Made by a program: the position numbers and the translations under genes. From the NCBI RefSeq assembly GCF_006345805.1, contig NC_043004.1, positions 59,644,001-59,708,000 on the forward strand: a stretch of DNA of 64,000 bases, given 5' to 3'. The notes beneath the pieces were generated by a model. It worked only from the letters and a program-made list of their open reading frames with translations, was not told the DNA's origin and searched no databases. Source of the DNA: Octopus sinensis (Eukaryota). Below, one piece after another: positions 1 to 12,600 of this stretch. Numbering within the stretch: position 1 is the stretch's first letter; each line of letters begins with the position of its first letter.

Positions 1-2662
1 ACAAAAAGATCACTTTTAATTATCTACAACTTCTTACTATTTTAACAAACAATAGCCAGCTCTCTGTGTTTTCTACATAATTTAAAGGATCTCTGCTTTC
101 TTAAACTATTAAAAACACAGCTGAAGGAGATAGATTTCATTGCTATTCCTATTAACCGATGTAATACTATCTCTAATGCCCGAGTGCAATAAAATGCATT
201 CACACATTATGCGAAGAATCATGAACACTGCATCTGAAATTTTCGGAAGTTACTGAATTGCTGACGACTTATTCTTATACGTTCTATTAAGTGTCAGGTG
301 GGGTTCAGCGCATGAAATCAATATCAACAACACAAGCTGTAGAATTTTCATAAACCAGGTATGTTTATTTAATTATACTGACAGACTTCCATTTCTGTGC
401 TATTGAAAGCCGTATGTTACATCGTGTCTGCGGTACAACACGTCAGCAGATCCTACAAGTTCAATAGTTGCTTGAGAATACCGAACGCAAATTACGTCTA
501 ATTGTGGAAAAAATTATACCGCTTTTCACTGACAGTATTTGATAAGAAGATAATTAATTTTATATTGGTTGAATACATGATTATTTTTTCTGCACTTGCT
601 TGATATTTTATATTTACTATAATTAGTGAGTGCAAGCTGCAATCTTCAGTCACAATATTACATATATTTTGTTTCATTCTACTATTTATGTACTGAAGTG
701 TAGTGATAATCACGTTAGTTTCTTAGCTATCATAAAATTTTGAACTTATTCTCGCTTTCTCTCTCTCTCTCTTCATCTCTCTCTTTCTCTCTCTCTCCCT
801 CTCCGCCTCCCCATTCCTCCTTCCATCACATATGCTCACACACACACACAGACGTATACACGCGTATAAAGATCAAGACTCAAGAAATGAGGTGTAAGTG
901 AAATATATTCACCAGCTAATGATATCCACAATGCCATAAACGAAATGATGTCCAACTCAACTGTACAATATATGTTTACAAATATGCTGTTCAACCATAT
1001 TACTCAATTGATACTGATAGCTAGAGAGAGACATTGAATTCGTATGTCTGAGAGCGGTCATTGCTGTTAATTGCTTATAAATTTGCTTTACAGCAGGTCA
1101 CATGATTACATACAGGTCATATACATATGCGTACACACATATGGGCCAAAATACAGGTATACACATCTGCCTGCCTCATATGTACGCATGTATATATGTA
1201 GATATACACACGTGTATATATATATATATATATATACATCCCGACTACTATTATTATTACTGCTGCTTATTCGACTGCTCCAGCCATTTCTTTTCAAAAC
1301 AGTCTTGACCAGATTACTTACTTAACCGTCACAGGCAGTGTCACTACTAATGCCATGAAAATTAAAGGAAATTACCACTTGCGCTTGCAAGATGAAGAAA
1401 AATACACTATGGACTATTATTTTAATAATAGGTCCCATATTTTAGGTCCCATGTACGGAGGGACAATTGTATTATATGCAGGATGAACGCACAATTTAAC
1501 TGTAAGTTTAGGAATATAGTCTATAGCTTACGAGGTACTGAGGGACGGTGCAGAGGCATGATAACTGCTTACATTGGGGAGATATCACGCAGCATAGAAG
1601 AATGTATAGGTGAAAAACTGGTGAGAACTCAAAGTTCAAAGAAGTGAAAGGCTTGTCAGTGCTCTACCAACAAGCTCAAGCAGAACATAAAGGCTCATTC
1701 GATAACATATGTAAAAGTATTATAAAAGCATAGAACTGACACGACACTTAGAAATATCACTGACGCTATACCCGTAGCAATATACAGACCGAGACTCTAT
1801 CGAATAGAACAATAACACTCACCACCACCAACACGTTACACAACATAACGACTAAGGACTACTGGATGAAGGCAGAAAAAGAAAACAAAATAATCAGACG
1901 CAAACAGCGTATATAAACATATATAAACATACCTATAATAAATATTAAAAACTTAGACACATTCAATAAAAAAAAACTGTATAAAGGACAAGGATACCGA
2001 CAACATAGGAAGCTAACCGATATACACTCACAAGCACACATACGGTAAATTCACAGAGGGCCGCAACAATATCCACATCACGGCTAACAACAATGGGAAC
2101 AACAATAGCAACAACAAAAACGAAAGTACTTCTACCACGATGGCAGCAGCGTCGGCGAACACGCAAACACAGTGAGTCACAAGAACGGTACATAAAGTCG
2201 GGCTCAAGGGCAGCAGCAGCAGCAGCAACGGTACTGGAAATGGGGCAGAGTGGGAAGTGATAGTGCTACTAAGAACACACACATACAATGACACACAATC
2301 TCTCTCTCACACACACATACATATGTACACACACTTACACAAACACAGACGCACGCGCTTAAAAGGATACACATAATATTAGAACAGAATGGAATAAGCA
2401 GAAGAAGGACATACACGAAGACGGAAAGTGTCGCTGAGGAGGTCACAGATGTGTGAAGAAGGACATTCGGTCAGTGGAGATGAGTTAGAATAAGAACAGT
2501 AATAAACGAGGGAAGAACGAATATATAGTGCATGTGTTAACTTGCCCCACCCCCAAGCAACACACACACACACACGTGCGTGTGTGTGCCTGAGTGTGTA
2601 TAGTAAAAGATTCTGGTGCTTTATATATTATAGGAAGTACTATTGTCTTTAAACGTCGCTAT

Positions 2663-2806
2663 AGTTCAAATTCCGCCGAGGTCGACTTTGCCTTTCATCC
2701 TTTCGGGGGTCGATAAATTAAGTACTAGTTGCGTACTGGGGTCGATCTAATGGACTTTCTCCCTCCCCAAAAATTTCAGGCCTTGTGCCTAGAGTAAAAA
2801 AGAATA
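2663..2806 (+). mobile_element. 5'-truncated tRNA-derived SINE (family with GTCGACTTTGCCTTTCATCCTTTCGGGGTCGAT core)
   Basis: B-box-like AGTTCAAATTCC, then the core also seen at 11.3-12.6 kb, 16.7 kb and 21.0 kb; ends TTGTGCCTAGAGTAAAAAAGAATA. Confidence 0.85.
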
Positions 2807-3058
2807 TTTTAACAACACTTTTAATGAAGATCTTTATATACAATTTTATTCATCGACACTTTTATACAACAATTTCATTTTCTACCCATATATATATATT
2901 ATATTTTTAAATATTTATGTATTCATACATTTTTAATAGTTTTAATATTTGAATGACTGGATACATTAATATATTTTAATAACTGATATATATTCGTTTA
3001 TGGCTGAATATATGTTTATATAAATTGTTGAACTTACTTGAATTCTCCTCTTATATAT

Positions 3059-3106
<48 letters not shown>

Positions 3107-3333
3107 CATATCCATATACAGGCATACGTATATATATATCGCCATGACATATCGCTAGCCACTAAACTTTTTTTTTATTTTCTGTCCCTGTTTATTTCTG
3201 TGTTCCTTTCGTAGGCTCGAAACTAATACAAATGTTTATTGTTTGCACACCCGTCCTCGTCTTTTATGTTTTGTTGTAAATCTTCACTATACACACACAC
3301 ACACACACACACAGACACACACACAGACACACA

Positions 3334-3372
<39 letters not shown>

Positions 3373-4131
3373 TATATATATATATTCATGCAGTCATACT
3401 TTCAGGCATAAGTATGTGCAAACCCACACGCACACACACACTCACACACATACACTCACACACATACAATCTTACGGTGGGTAAAATACAATTAAAAATG
3501 TAAACAGAATCCCCACGTTCTATAAACGTGCGTAAAAAAGGGAATGACTCCCTTGGCTGGGCACTTCAAATCTTTTCGACTGGCACTTATAAGTGACTGT
3601 AAACATCGCCGCCATTATCATGACCAATATAATATTTTAGCTTCTTATAAAATGGCCAGCAATTTGACTAGGATCTGATAGGCAGAGTTAATTGCACATT
3701 CCGCTCCTAATGGTTCGCTAAAAATGAACCAATATTTATGTACGACAAAACGTAAATCAGTATTAGGTATTAGCCTAATTCATTTCTTCTCTACAAACAG
3801 GTAACCCATGCTAATAATTCGAGCATGAGGAATGGTACGTTTTCCATCAAGAGGGAGCGGTATGCCATGAGATTGTCGATCAGGAGAGTTTCCTTTCACT
3901 TATTTTCCCTTGCATTAGTTGTATAGAAGAAATGTGTTTACATTCTTACATAACCCAGATTGAGGCTTATATATGTATGTATATGTACGTGTAATCACGT
4001 GACTGCATAGTCATACGGTCGTTTTATAACCTTCTTCTATTATATCAATTTCAGCATAGCTTACTCTGATAGTTGCACGATTCTGTGCATTCGTATCCTA
4101 TTCTACTCATCTCTCTCTCTCTCTCTCTGTA

Positions 4132-4166
<35 letters not shown>

Positions 4167-4226
4167 TTATATATAACTTTAAGTTGAGTCATTTTTAAAA
4201 TATTAATTTTTTAATATTTATGCGAT

Positions 4227-4523
4227 CTTTTCAATCCTAGCCAGGTTCATGGGCCCGGTTTCCCGGATACTATGGCGTGTGTGTTCCCCCCAGCTGCACG
4301 GGACGCCAGTCCATCGCAGCGTTGGTCAAGAAACAGGGAGAAAGTGTGAGAGAAAGTTGGGGCGAAAGAGTACAACAGGGGTCGCCACCATCCTCTACCA
4401 GATCCTCGTGGAGCTTTAGGTGTTTTCGCTTAATAAACACATATAAAGCCCGGTCTGGGAATCGAAACCGCGATCCTCTGACCGCGAGACCGCTGCCCTA
4501 ACCACTGGGCCACTGCGCCTCCA
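4227..4523 (-). mobile_element. tRNA-derived SINE, second family (tail type A)
   Basis: Minus strand begins GGAGGCGCAGTGGCCCAGTGGTTAGGGCAGCGG...GGTTTCGATTCCCAGACC (A and B boxes). Head and body match 45358-45640. Confidence 0.85.
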
Positions 4524-5764
4524 TTTTAAAAATATTTGTATGATATTGATTTCTGATATCTACACGAGGTCGGGTACTTCGAAAAAGATTATAAATGAAT
4601 AATTCTACATAAGAGTTACATTATTTTATCGTAACCGAAATGTTAAAAAGCAATGTTGAAATCGGCGCTATTAGAACCCAGAACGTAAATCGCCGAATCT
4701 AAATATATATGTATATTATATTTATAGCGTAGTGGCTGATATCTATTTAAATCTATTTTACCTCTATTGTGTCGCATTTGGCATTAACTACTGATTATTA
4801 GGTGCTGAAGCCTCTCAGCTAAAGTGTACTGTCTATTTGATGTAAGCTTGTTCTTGGCTCGGAGTCAGGCTGATTGTAAACGTGACTTACTGGAAAGAAC
4901 TAACATATTACACTGAAAATACATTAGTGCTATTGTTCGTTATGTTTATTATTCATTTCGATCTTTACGTTGAAGAATCGGTCAGCGTGAGGACGGCTTT
5001 GAACTAAAGGCTTCCACCACCATTACTCTGAATAAATATTGCAGATGTCAATAGTGAAGTCTATACAGAACTTGTAAGGGGCTACCAAACTAAAGAAAGC
5101 AATGGGTTTCGATTCCTAGTTGCAATAACTTCACTTTATTTGCATTTCTGATAAACGAGTGAATTACATGCGTTACTACTCCATTTATAAATCTAAGATG
5201 TTCTGCTTTCACCGAGGAACAATCCGGATTTATTCAATACTTATGAATTCATATCCTTCATATTCACTAAAGGTCTTTATCCCCATGCACGATTTTCACA
5301 TTCACTTTTTCCTTTAGATTCCCTCTCTCTTCTCCAACTCTCTTTGCATCACACGCCTAAATTTAAACAAATCTTACGTACATGATTATAGTCGGTTCCA
5401 ATAATCTATAACGATTCAGCATTGTAAACAGTGAGTAATTATGTCTTTTTACCCGCCATCGCCTAAAATACTTTCCGTCCCAATAGACTGATCAGTGTTG
5501 TGTTATTAATCGATGGCTTACTCTTTCAAATATGTCTCCAAAACAACAAGTCGCCAACAGTCTTTCGTCCAATTAATACCGACAAATACGTTGCTGTTAT
5601 TTCATTATACTAACGTAGTTACTACATTGTTAATTTTACTTCTTTTATAAATAATAAAAATAGATAAATCTCTGTCGGTTTCAGATATGAAGGTTTAGAC
5701 GCTCTGTCATATATTTACGTTCCTTTTGATTTAGCCAGGGTTAGCATTCAACACACACACAGTC

Positions 5765-5967
5765 AATATTGGTCTCAAATTTTGGCTCAAGGCTAGCAAT
5801 TTCGTGGGTGTAAGAAAATACACTGGCCCCAGCGCTCAACTGCTGTACATATTAACGTCCCCGAAACGCAAAATCGATCTCGGCGGTTTTGATCTCAGAA
5901 TGAATGCACGGACAAAATGCCGCTAAGTATTTTGTCCGGTCTACTAACGATTCTGCAGCTAGATGCC
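5765..5967 (-). mobile_element. degenerate SINE copy (same core family as 2663-2806)
   Basis: Diverged reverse-complement match to head, core and tail (e.g. CCCCGAAAC..., GCCGCTAAGTATTT, CTAACGATTCTGC). Confidence 0.65.
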
Positions 5968-6270
5968 TTAGTCGTAATTAATATCAAAGATAGATGTACT
6001 ACATGTAGAACCAACATGATACTGTGCATCAACGTCGACTCTTTGAGTCAGACTCACATTCCATAGGAGAGGCATGCAGACAGTTAACGTAAAAACTTTG
6101 TTTATCGAAAATAACAGTAAATGCTATTTGCCAATGATACAACAGAGTAAGATAGAAGGCGAGACCTTACAATTGAGAAGCATATTTCGTAGCCATTCGC
6201 AATTGCTTTATTGCCACAAGGTAAAAGGCGTAAGAATTCTTTCTTCTTAAGGAAGTGCCAAGAATTAATC

Positions 6271-6434
6271 GGGCATATGTTGTAGTCGTTAAGAGCGCGG
6301 GCTACTAACCCCATGATTCTGAGTTCGATTCTGGGCAGTAACCTGAATAATAATAATAATGATAATAATAATAATAGTAGTAGTAGTAGTAGTAGTAGTA
6401 GTTATAGTAGTAGTAGTAGTTATAATAATAGTTA

Positions 6435-6466
<32 letters not shown>

Positions 6467-6665
6467 ATGACAACAACAACAACAACGTCGAAAAATACTT
6501 TAAGAATGAGAATCCAGGTTCAGAATTTTCTCAAAACACCTGATGAAGGCCGAAGGGTATATCAGCCGAAACGTTGTGTTAAATACAAACAAGATGAGGA
6601 CAAATATCCAGGAATAGTAAATAATATAAATACGGTACAAAATTCCTCATCTCTTAAATATTGAA
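6271..6665 (+). mobile_element. tRNA-headed, hammerhead-containing SINE-like element
   Basis: tRNA-like head 6271-6345 (A-box-like TGTTGTAGTCG, B-box GAGTTCGATTC at 6321-6331), (AAT/AGT/AAC)n linker 6346-6486, HHR motif 6535-6580, inverted pair AGATGAGGA/TCCTCATCT near the 3' end. Confidence 0.65.
6535..6580 (+). ncRNA. minimal type I hammerhead ribozyme motif
   Basis: Stem I AACAC/GTGTT; core CTGATGA(A) at 6540-6547; stem II GGCCGA/TCAGCC (one C-A mismatch); GAAA at 6568-6571; palindromic stem III ACGT; predicted cleavage after GUU (6575). Confidence 0.8.
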
Positions 6666-9600
6666 CTATGAAACAGCTTGTAAGTATCTCTCATCGAAAT
6701 TTTGAATGTCGATGAGATTCCTCGATTTTATACGGTTAGTAGTTAAGGTGATGAAATTGTCTCTTTTTCTGCAATCTTGAAAGCTGGTTGGTGGTCGATA
6801 AAACTGGTGGTTATTGTATCTAACTGTTGCAGTTAATTCTGCACAGTGTAATATATATTGTTTTTTTTAGTTCCTGCGTTTAGATGAACCAATGTAGCCT
6901 TAGCTTCCTAGACGAATAACCGTAATGGAAAAACACAAACAGACTCTCAGAATATATACACATACATATAAACGGCGAGCTTTCACGCAGATTTAACTTA
7001 CCTATTTCACTGGTTAGGCATTCGTCGACCCGGGCTTTTGTAGAATACATTTGCACAAATTTCGTCGCAATGGAACTGTACACGAAATCTCGCAGAAACA
7101 AAGTAAACTTCTTGACCACATGCAAACGTCTGCACATTAGCAATATTTCAGAAAGTTTTCTTTGACAGTTAAAACTGCAGGCATAACCTTTTAACGTTGC
7201 TTTCACTAAAAATATTCTATCCAAAATACTATACTTCAAAATCAACAAATTTGGAGTACACATTATACAACATTTCCATCTGCTTAGTTGAATTTTCTAT
7301 AAACTATTCTCGTTTTCTAGTTTCTGTATTCTCGTTTTCCAATTTCAGTATTCTCATTTTCCAGTTTCTCTTTTTATCATTATGATATATTTTGTTGCTG
7401 ATTTAAAGGTATTTTGCATGCTTTTTTCTAAAAATAGCTCGTACGCGTATCAGTTGTGTATGTTAGTAATATTTGTGGCAGCTGATGAATATTAAAGGAA
7501 ATCATTGTATAAATCTGGTCAGAATAGTAACCTAAATTTGCACTGATATATCTGAGCAAAACGTTTGTGAAATAGTTTACCTACCCCAAACATAATTGAT
7601 TTCTGGCGATGGAATGATATTCCTAAATAAATTGACGTAGTTTTACAACAGAATTGACCATTTTGTGACTGAATTCGTAAATACATCACCATATTAAGTA
7701 AATTTGTCTTTCCAGAGTAAAATCTTAACGTCTTTACCGTATTTCTCTTCACCATACAGTCAATATCTGTATTTCATATCGAAATATTCGTGATCATTTT
7801 TTTTCTACGGTGGTGAAAGAGAATTAAGCTCTGAACACAAGTAGAATATAAACCTTTCTTTTATTATTTTGAATTCAACGAATAATTTGAGTAAATTCAT
7901 AGATATTTCATTGGCAAACGAACCGACCATCGGACGGACAAGAAACTGGGTTGTTATAATATTAAAGATTTATAATCTCAAGAATGACCAATATGACAAA
8001 GTTAATATGTTGGTTATAAAAGATAGCCATGCTGTGTTCTTTCGAGTTTTATGTTTTATCAGTTTCAAATTTGTAAATTTTCTACGTATAATGCTTCAAA
8101 CACATACTAAATTATACTGGAAGCTATATTTGTGCTTCGAAGAAACATTTACCGTCAGGATTCTCACCATGTTTATAGAATCTGACCTTTGTAGTTTATT
8201 TATGTCTTGCTTGATTATTAGTTTAATCACTTCAATCACGTCTGGCTAACACGGATATAGTATAAAATATGCCGTTCGTTCAATAATTGCAATTCATAAA
8301 TTCAGCGAACAAGTGTGCACTTGTTGGTTGAATTTGGGAATTGCAATTATGTAACAATTTTCATATTATTTGCGGGTATGCTTATACATTGCCTTCCAAT
8401 TTCAGTCTCAATCGAGCATGCACTTGAGTGCCATCAAAGTGAGTTGCCAAACGATTCAATTGACGCTGATATTTCTTAATGCAGTCAGAAAATTATGCAG
8501 GAATTTCAAAAATATTCGTATCAGTTACAAAAATTACAGTGTCGATCAGTTCTATTACATATATCTTTCACTAATGAGAAATATAAACATATACTACGAA
8601 AAAATACCGACAGAAGCTACAAGAAAAATCAAAACAAACACCAAGTTATAACGCCAGCACAGTCGCAACAGAACAAATTGTGGCAGCAGCAGCAACAACA
8701 ACATTGAATAAATGAATAAATAAGTAAATAAAATGTATAACATTCTTTGTTAAAACGCTATTTGCCATTTTTGCTGTGGTTGTTGAAATATCAAATTATA
8801 TTGTTTCCAGTCACTTCGGAAGCGTAATTATTGATTTAAGAGATATTGTCTCTTGTGTTTTATTTTTCCTGCTCTGTTTTACAGTACGAAATGTCTACAT
8901 AATTATTTCTTGGTTTTTGTTTCCTTTCTTTCTGAAATTATACATCGCTTTTATGTCAGATTCCTCCACTTGGATCATATTAGTTTCATATAATTGTTTC
9001 ACAATAGATTATCACGTTCGCATAACATCCCTTTCACAAATGAATTTCATGATGTTGCAATAATAGGATTTTGCTGACATTTACATATACTTTATGTTAA
9101 TATCAAATGTTCTCACAAAATAGAAGCCATTTTCAATCTTCAACCCGGCTTACCCCACGCTCTTTATTCCAAGGCATCGACATGTCGTTAAGTCCACGTA
9201 CGTTTACATATTGCCAAGTATATTTACAAAAGAGTGCCACCATTCTATTAGGGTACGCCAGTGTACAATTGCCTGACATACTAGGAAGAATAGCAACATT
9301 TACGCCCAATAATACTATTAAGATTTCAGGAACGAATATGTCCGTATCCGAAGGACAATTGATTTTAAAGTCTTATAGAGTCATTCATTGCACGAGAACA
9401 TTTTCTGGAACTTTCTGAAATATAATTGACTGATACCGTTTCAAACTTTTCCTTGTTTCTATCATTGGACTGTGGTGATACTAGAATAACGTCTTGAAAA
9501 ATATCAGGTGAGGTACCAGGTGCGAACTAATATACTCTGCATTCCTCATCCGTAAATCGATAAAGTCGCTCAATTTCCACCTGAAGAAACTGAAGCAACA

Positions 9601-9914
9601 TTGAAAGAAGTACATAGCTTACTCTCTTCTTCTTTACTCTTTTTCTTGTTTCAGTCATTTGACTGCGGTCATGCTGGAGCACCGCCTTTAGTCGAGCAAA
9701 TCGACCAGAGGACTTATTCTTTGTAAGCCTAGTACGTATTCTATCAACCTCTTTTACCGAACCGCTAAGTTACGGTGACATAGACACACCACCATCAGTT
9801 GTCAAGCGAAGTTGGGGGACAAACACAGACACACAAACTTATACACACTCATACATACATACATACATACATACATACATACATACATACATACATACAT
9901 ACATGTATATACTT

Positions 9915-10265
9915 TATATACTTTATAATTAGGGTTCAGCAAAGATTTGCTTTACCAAATACCGAAGTTTAGAAATAGCAGCCAAAGAACCTTAGCTATA
10001 TCCTCTACTTTAAAAAGAGACTCCCGGAAAAAAAGTACTCGAAAACAATCCACGCAGGCAGAGAGGGAAAATAACGAAAATCAATCGATATTTGATTACA
10101 CATGTACGCGTTTCGGAATTAGATCGGTATAAAGAATGTAGAACTTATACTTTATCTGAACATCTTCTTCATCAGCATGAGACTTCACAATATTAAATAT
10201 TAAAAATATTAAATTTGAAGTCACTGGAAGAATCGAATATACCCCTTCCAACTAACAGTATCAGA
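9915..10265 (-). mobile_element. probable Penelope-like 3' (pLTR) fragment inserted in the SINE microsatellite
   Basis: Non-SINE sequence bounded by (TACA)n/(TA)n tracts and carrying an HHR motif. Confidence 0.55.
10101..10179 (-). ncRNA. type I hammerhead ribozyme motif with long, degenerate stem II
   Basis: Minus strand: CATG-CTGATGA-A-(~50 nt, imperfect pairing)-TTCC-GAAA-CGCG-T-A-CATG. Stem I CATG/CATG, palindromic stem III ACGCGT, cleavage triplet GUA. Confidence 0.65.
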
Positions 10266-11256
10266 TATATATATATACTATATACAACGGGCTTCTTTCA
10301 GTTTCCGTCTAACAAATTCACTCACAAGGCTTTGGTCGGCCCGAGGCTATAGTAGAAGACACTTGTCCAACGTGCCCCGCAGTGGCACTGAACTAGGAAC
10401 CATGTAGTTGGTAAGCAAGCTACTTACCACACAGCCAGTCCCCCGCCTAATGACAGAACTATAGTATCATATCCGAGTTTCGAACGAATGTCGCTCAATT
10501 TTAAACCACATACGGATAATATTTCGTCATGCTGCTTCACGGTAAAACGTTTGACAAAATTGTTTTTGTTGGGTTCTAGAAGGTTAAGACTCCAACACAT
10601 TGGATTACTTTCCTACTCGGTCTAGATTCACCTTGAGTTAAAACAACAAAACAAAGCAGTGACACTACCATCTACAGAATGATAAATTATATGATAACAT
10701 ATATATATATATATATGCTATGTTATCAGCAACTAAAATAGTCCTTAACATATTAATGGAAACGTAATCACAACCATCGTATAAACAGTATGAGCTTCAA
10801 AGTTATCTAGAGATTTAGATCTACAATATCTTTAGTATCACAGCAGCTATATATGGATACATGGTGATGATGTTATCGATAATATTTTGGTATCTTTTTT
10901 ATCGTCGGCTTGGTGCTTTCTAATACTACAACATATAAATACACACATACAGACATGCCCCTCCTCACACATATAGATATATGTGTGTGTGAGCGTGTGT
11001 GTGTGTATGTGTGTTAATATTAGGTTATTTTAAATAACGACTTAATATTGATCGATAGGAAGATTGGAAGGTGAAAGTACAACTTAATTTTATTGAGGTG
11101 ATGAAGTTCAGTGAATTTATCTATACACGCACACACACACACACACATAGGTAAGTACATACGTACATACATATATGTATGTAAGTGTATATATATATAT
11201 ATATATATATATATCAGCTGCAGGTAAGAGTATACTGTCTCCCTGACAATATCTCA

Positions 11257-12371
11257 CTGAAACGTTAGTACGCCGGGCGAAATGCGTAGCCGTATTTAGT
11301 CTGCGGTTACGTTTTAAGTTCGAATTCCGCCGATGTCGACTTTGCCTTCATCCTTTCGAGGTCAATCAATAAAGTACCAGTTGCGCACTGGGAATATATA
11401 TTCGACTTAATGCGTTTGTCTGTCCTTGTTCGTCCTTTCTGTGTCTCACCCCTTGTGGGTAGTAAAGAAATAGGTATTTCGTCTGCCGCTACGTTCTGAG
11501 TCCAAATTCCGCTGAGATCAACTATGCCTTTCATCCTTTCGGGGTCGATTAAATAAGTACCAGTTACGCACTGACGTCGATATAATCGACTTAATCCGTT
11601 TGTCTGTCCTTGTTTGTCCCCTCTGTGTAGCCCCTAGTGGGCAGTAAAGAAATAGGTATTTCGTCTGCCGCTACGTTCTGTGCAGTAAAGAAATAAGAAA
11701 CGTTAGCACGCCGGGTGAATCGCTTCGCGGTATTTCGTCTGCGTTACGTTGTGAGTTCAAATTCCGCCGAGGTCGAATTTGCCTTTCATCCTTTCGGTGT
11801 CAATTAAATAAGTACCAGTTACGCTCTGGCGTCGATATAATCGACTTAATCCGTTTGTCTGTGCTTGTTTGTCCCCTCTGTGTGTAGCCCCTTTTGGGCA
11901 GTAAAGAAATAGGTATTTCGTCTGCCGCTACGTTGTGAGTTCAAATTCCGCCAAGGTCGACTGTGCCTTTCATCCTTTCGGGGTCAGTTAAATAAGTACC
12001 AGTTACGCACTGGCATCGATATAATCGACTTAATCCGTTTGTCTGTCCTTGTTTGTCCCCTCTGTGTGTAGCCCCTAGTGGGCAGTAAAGAAATAGGTAT
12101 TTCGTCTGCAGCTACGTTCTGTGCAGTAAAGAAATAAGAAACGTTAGCACGCCGGGTGAAACGCTTCGCGGTATTTCGCCTGTCTTTACGTTCAGAATTT
12201 TTAGCTCACCGGCCAAAATACTTAACGGCAATTCACCCGTCTTTACGTTTTGCCGCGTTCGACTTTGCCTTTCATCATTTCGGGGTCGATAAATTAAGGA
12301 CCAGTTGCGGACTTGGGTCGATCTAATAGACAGACCCCTCCCGCCAAGTTTCGGACATTGTGCCTAGAATA
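11257..12371 (+). repeat. head-to-tail multimeric SINE array with ~440 bp higher-order unit
   Basis: Units join at ...GTAAAGAAATA|GGTATTTCGTCTG and ...GTAAAGAAATAA|GAAACGTTAGCACG. Long, short and mini units occur twice (11257-11696, 11697-12136), followed by a final rearranged unit. Confidence 0.9.
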
Positions 12372-12384
12372 GAAAAGAATATAT

Positions 12385-12600
12385 ATTTCTTTACTACCCA
12401 CAGAGAGGACAAACAAGGACAGACAAAGGGATTAAGTCGATTACATAGACTCCAGTGCGCAACTGGTACTTAATTTATCGACCCCGAAAGGATGAAAGGC
12501 AAAGTCGCCCTCGGTTGAATTTGAACTCAGAACGTAACGGCAGACGAAATACGGCCACGCATTTCGCCCGGCGTGCTAACGTTTCTGCCAGCTGGCCGCC
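12385..12600 (-). mobile_element. single SINE monomer, inverted relative to the adjacent array
   Basis: Reverse complement of head (GGCGGCCAGCTGGCAGAAACGTTAGCACG), core and tail. Confidence 0.85.

Larger units (their letters stand above)
9620..10447 (-). mobile_element. tRNA-derived SINE, third family (CORE-like), interrupted in its central microsatellite
   Basis: 9620-9840 and 10270-10447 match the reverse complement of the intact copy at 33938-34362; a ~350 bp unrelated insert separates them. Confidence 0.85.

Noticed and set aside
1400-2580. Purine-rich, moderately complex region that could be an LTR-element or gene remnant
   Set aside because: No recognisable motif, terminal repeat or sustained reading frame found by eye.
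6880-7263. 127 aa minus-strand ORF with a GTAAGT donor near 7000
   Set aside because: No recognisable homology and no convincing acceptor or partner exon.
11257-12136. Regular repeat array as CRISPR-like
   Set aside because: Units are SINE monomers without unique spacers, in a eukaryotic context with no cas genes.
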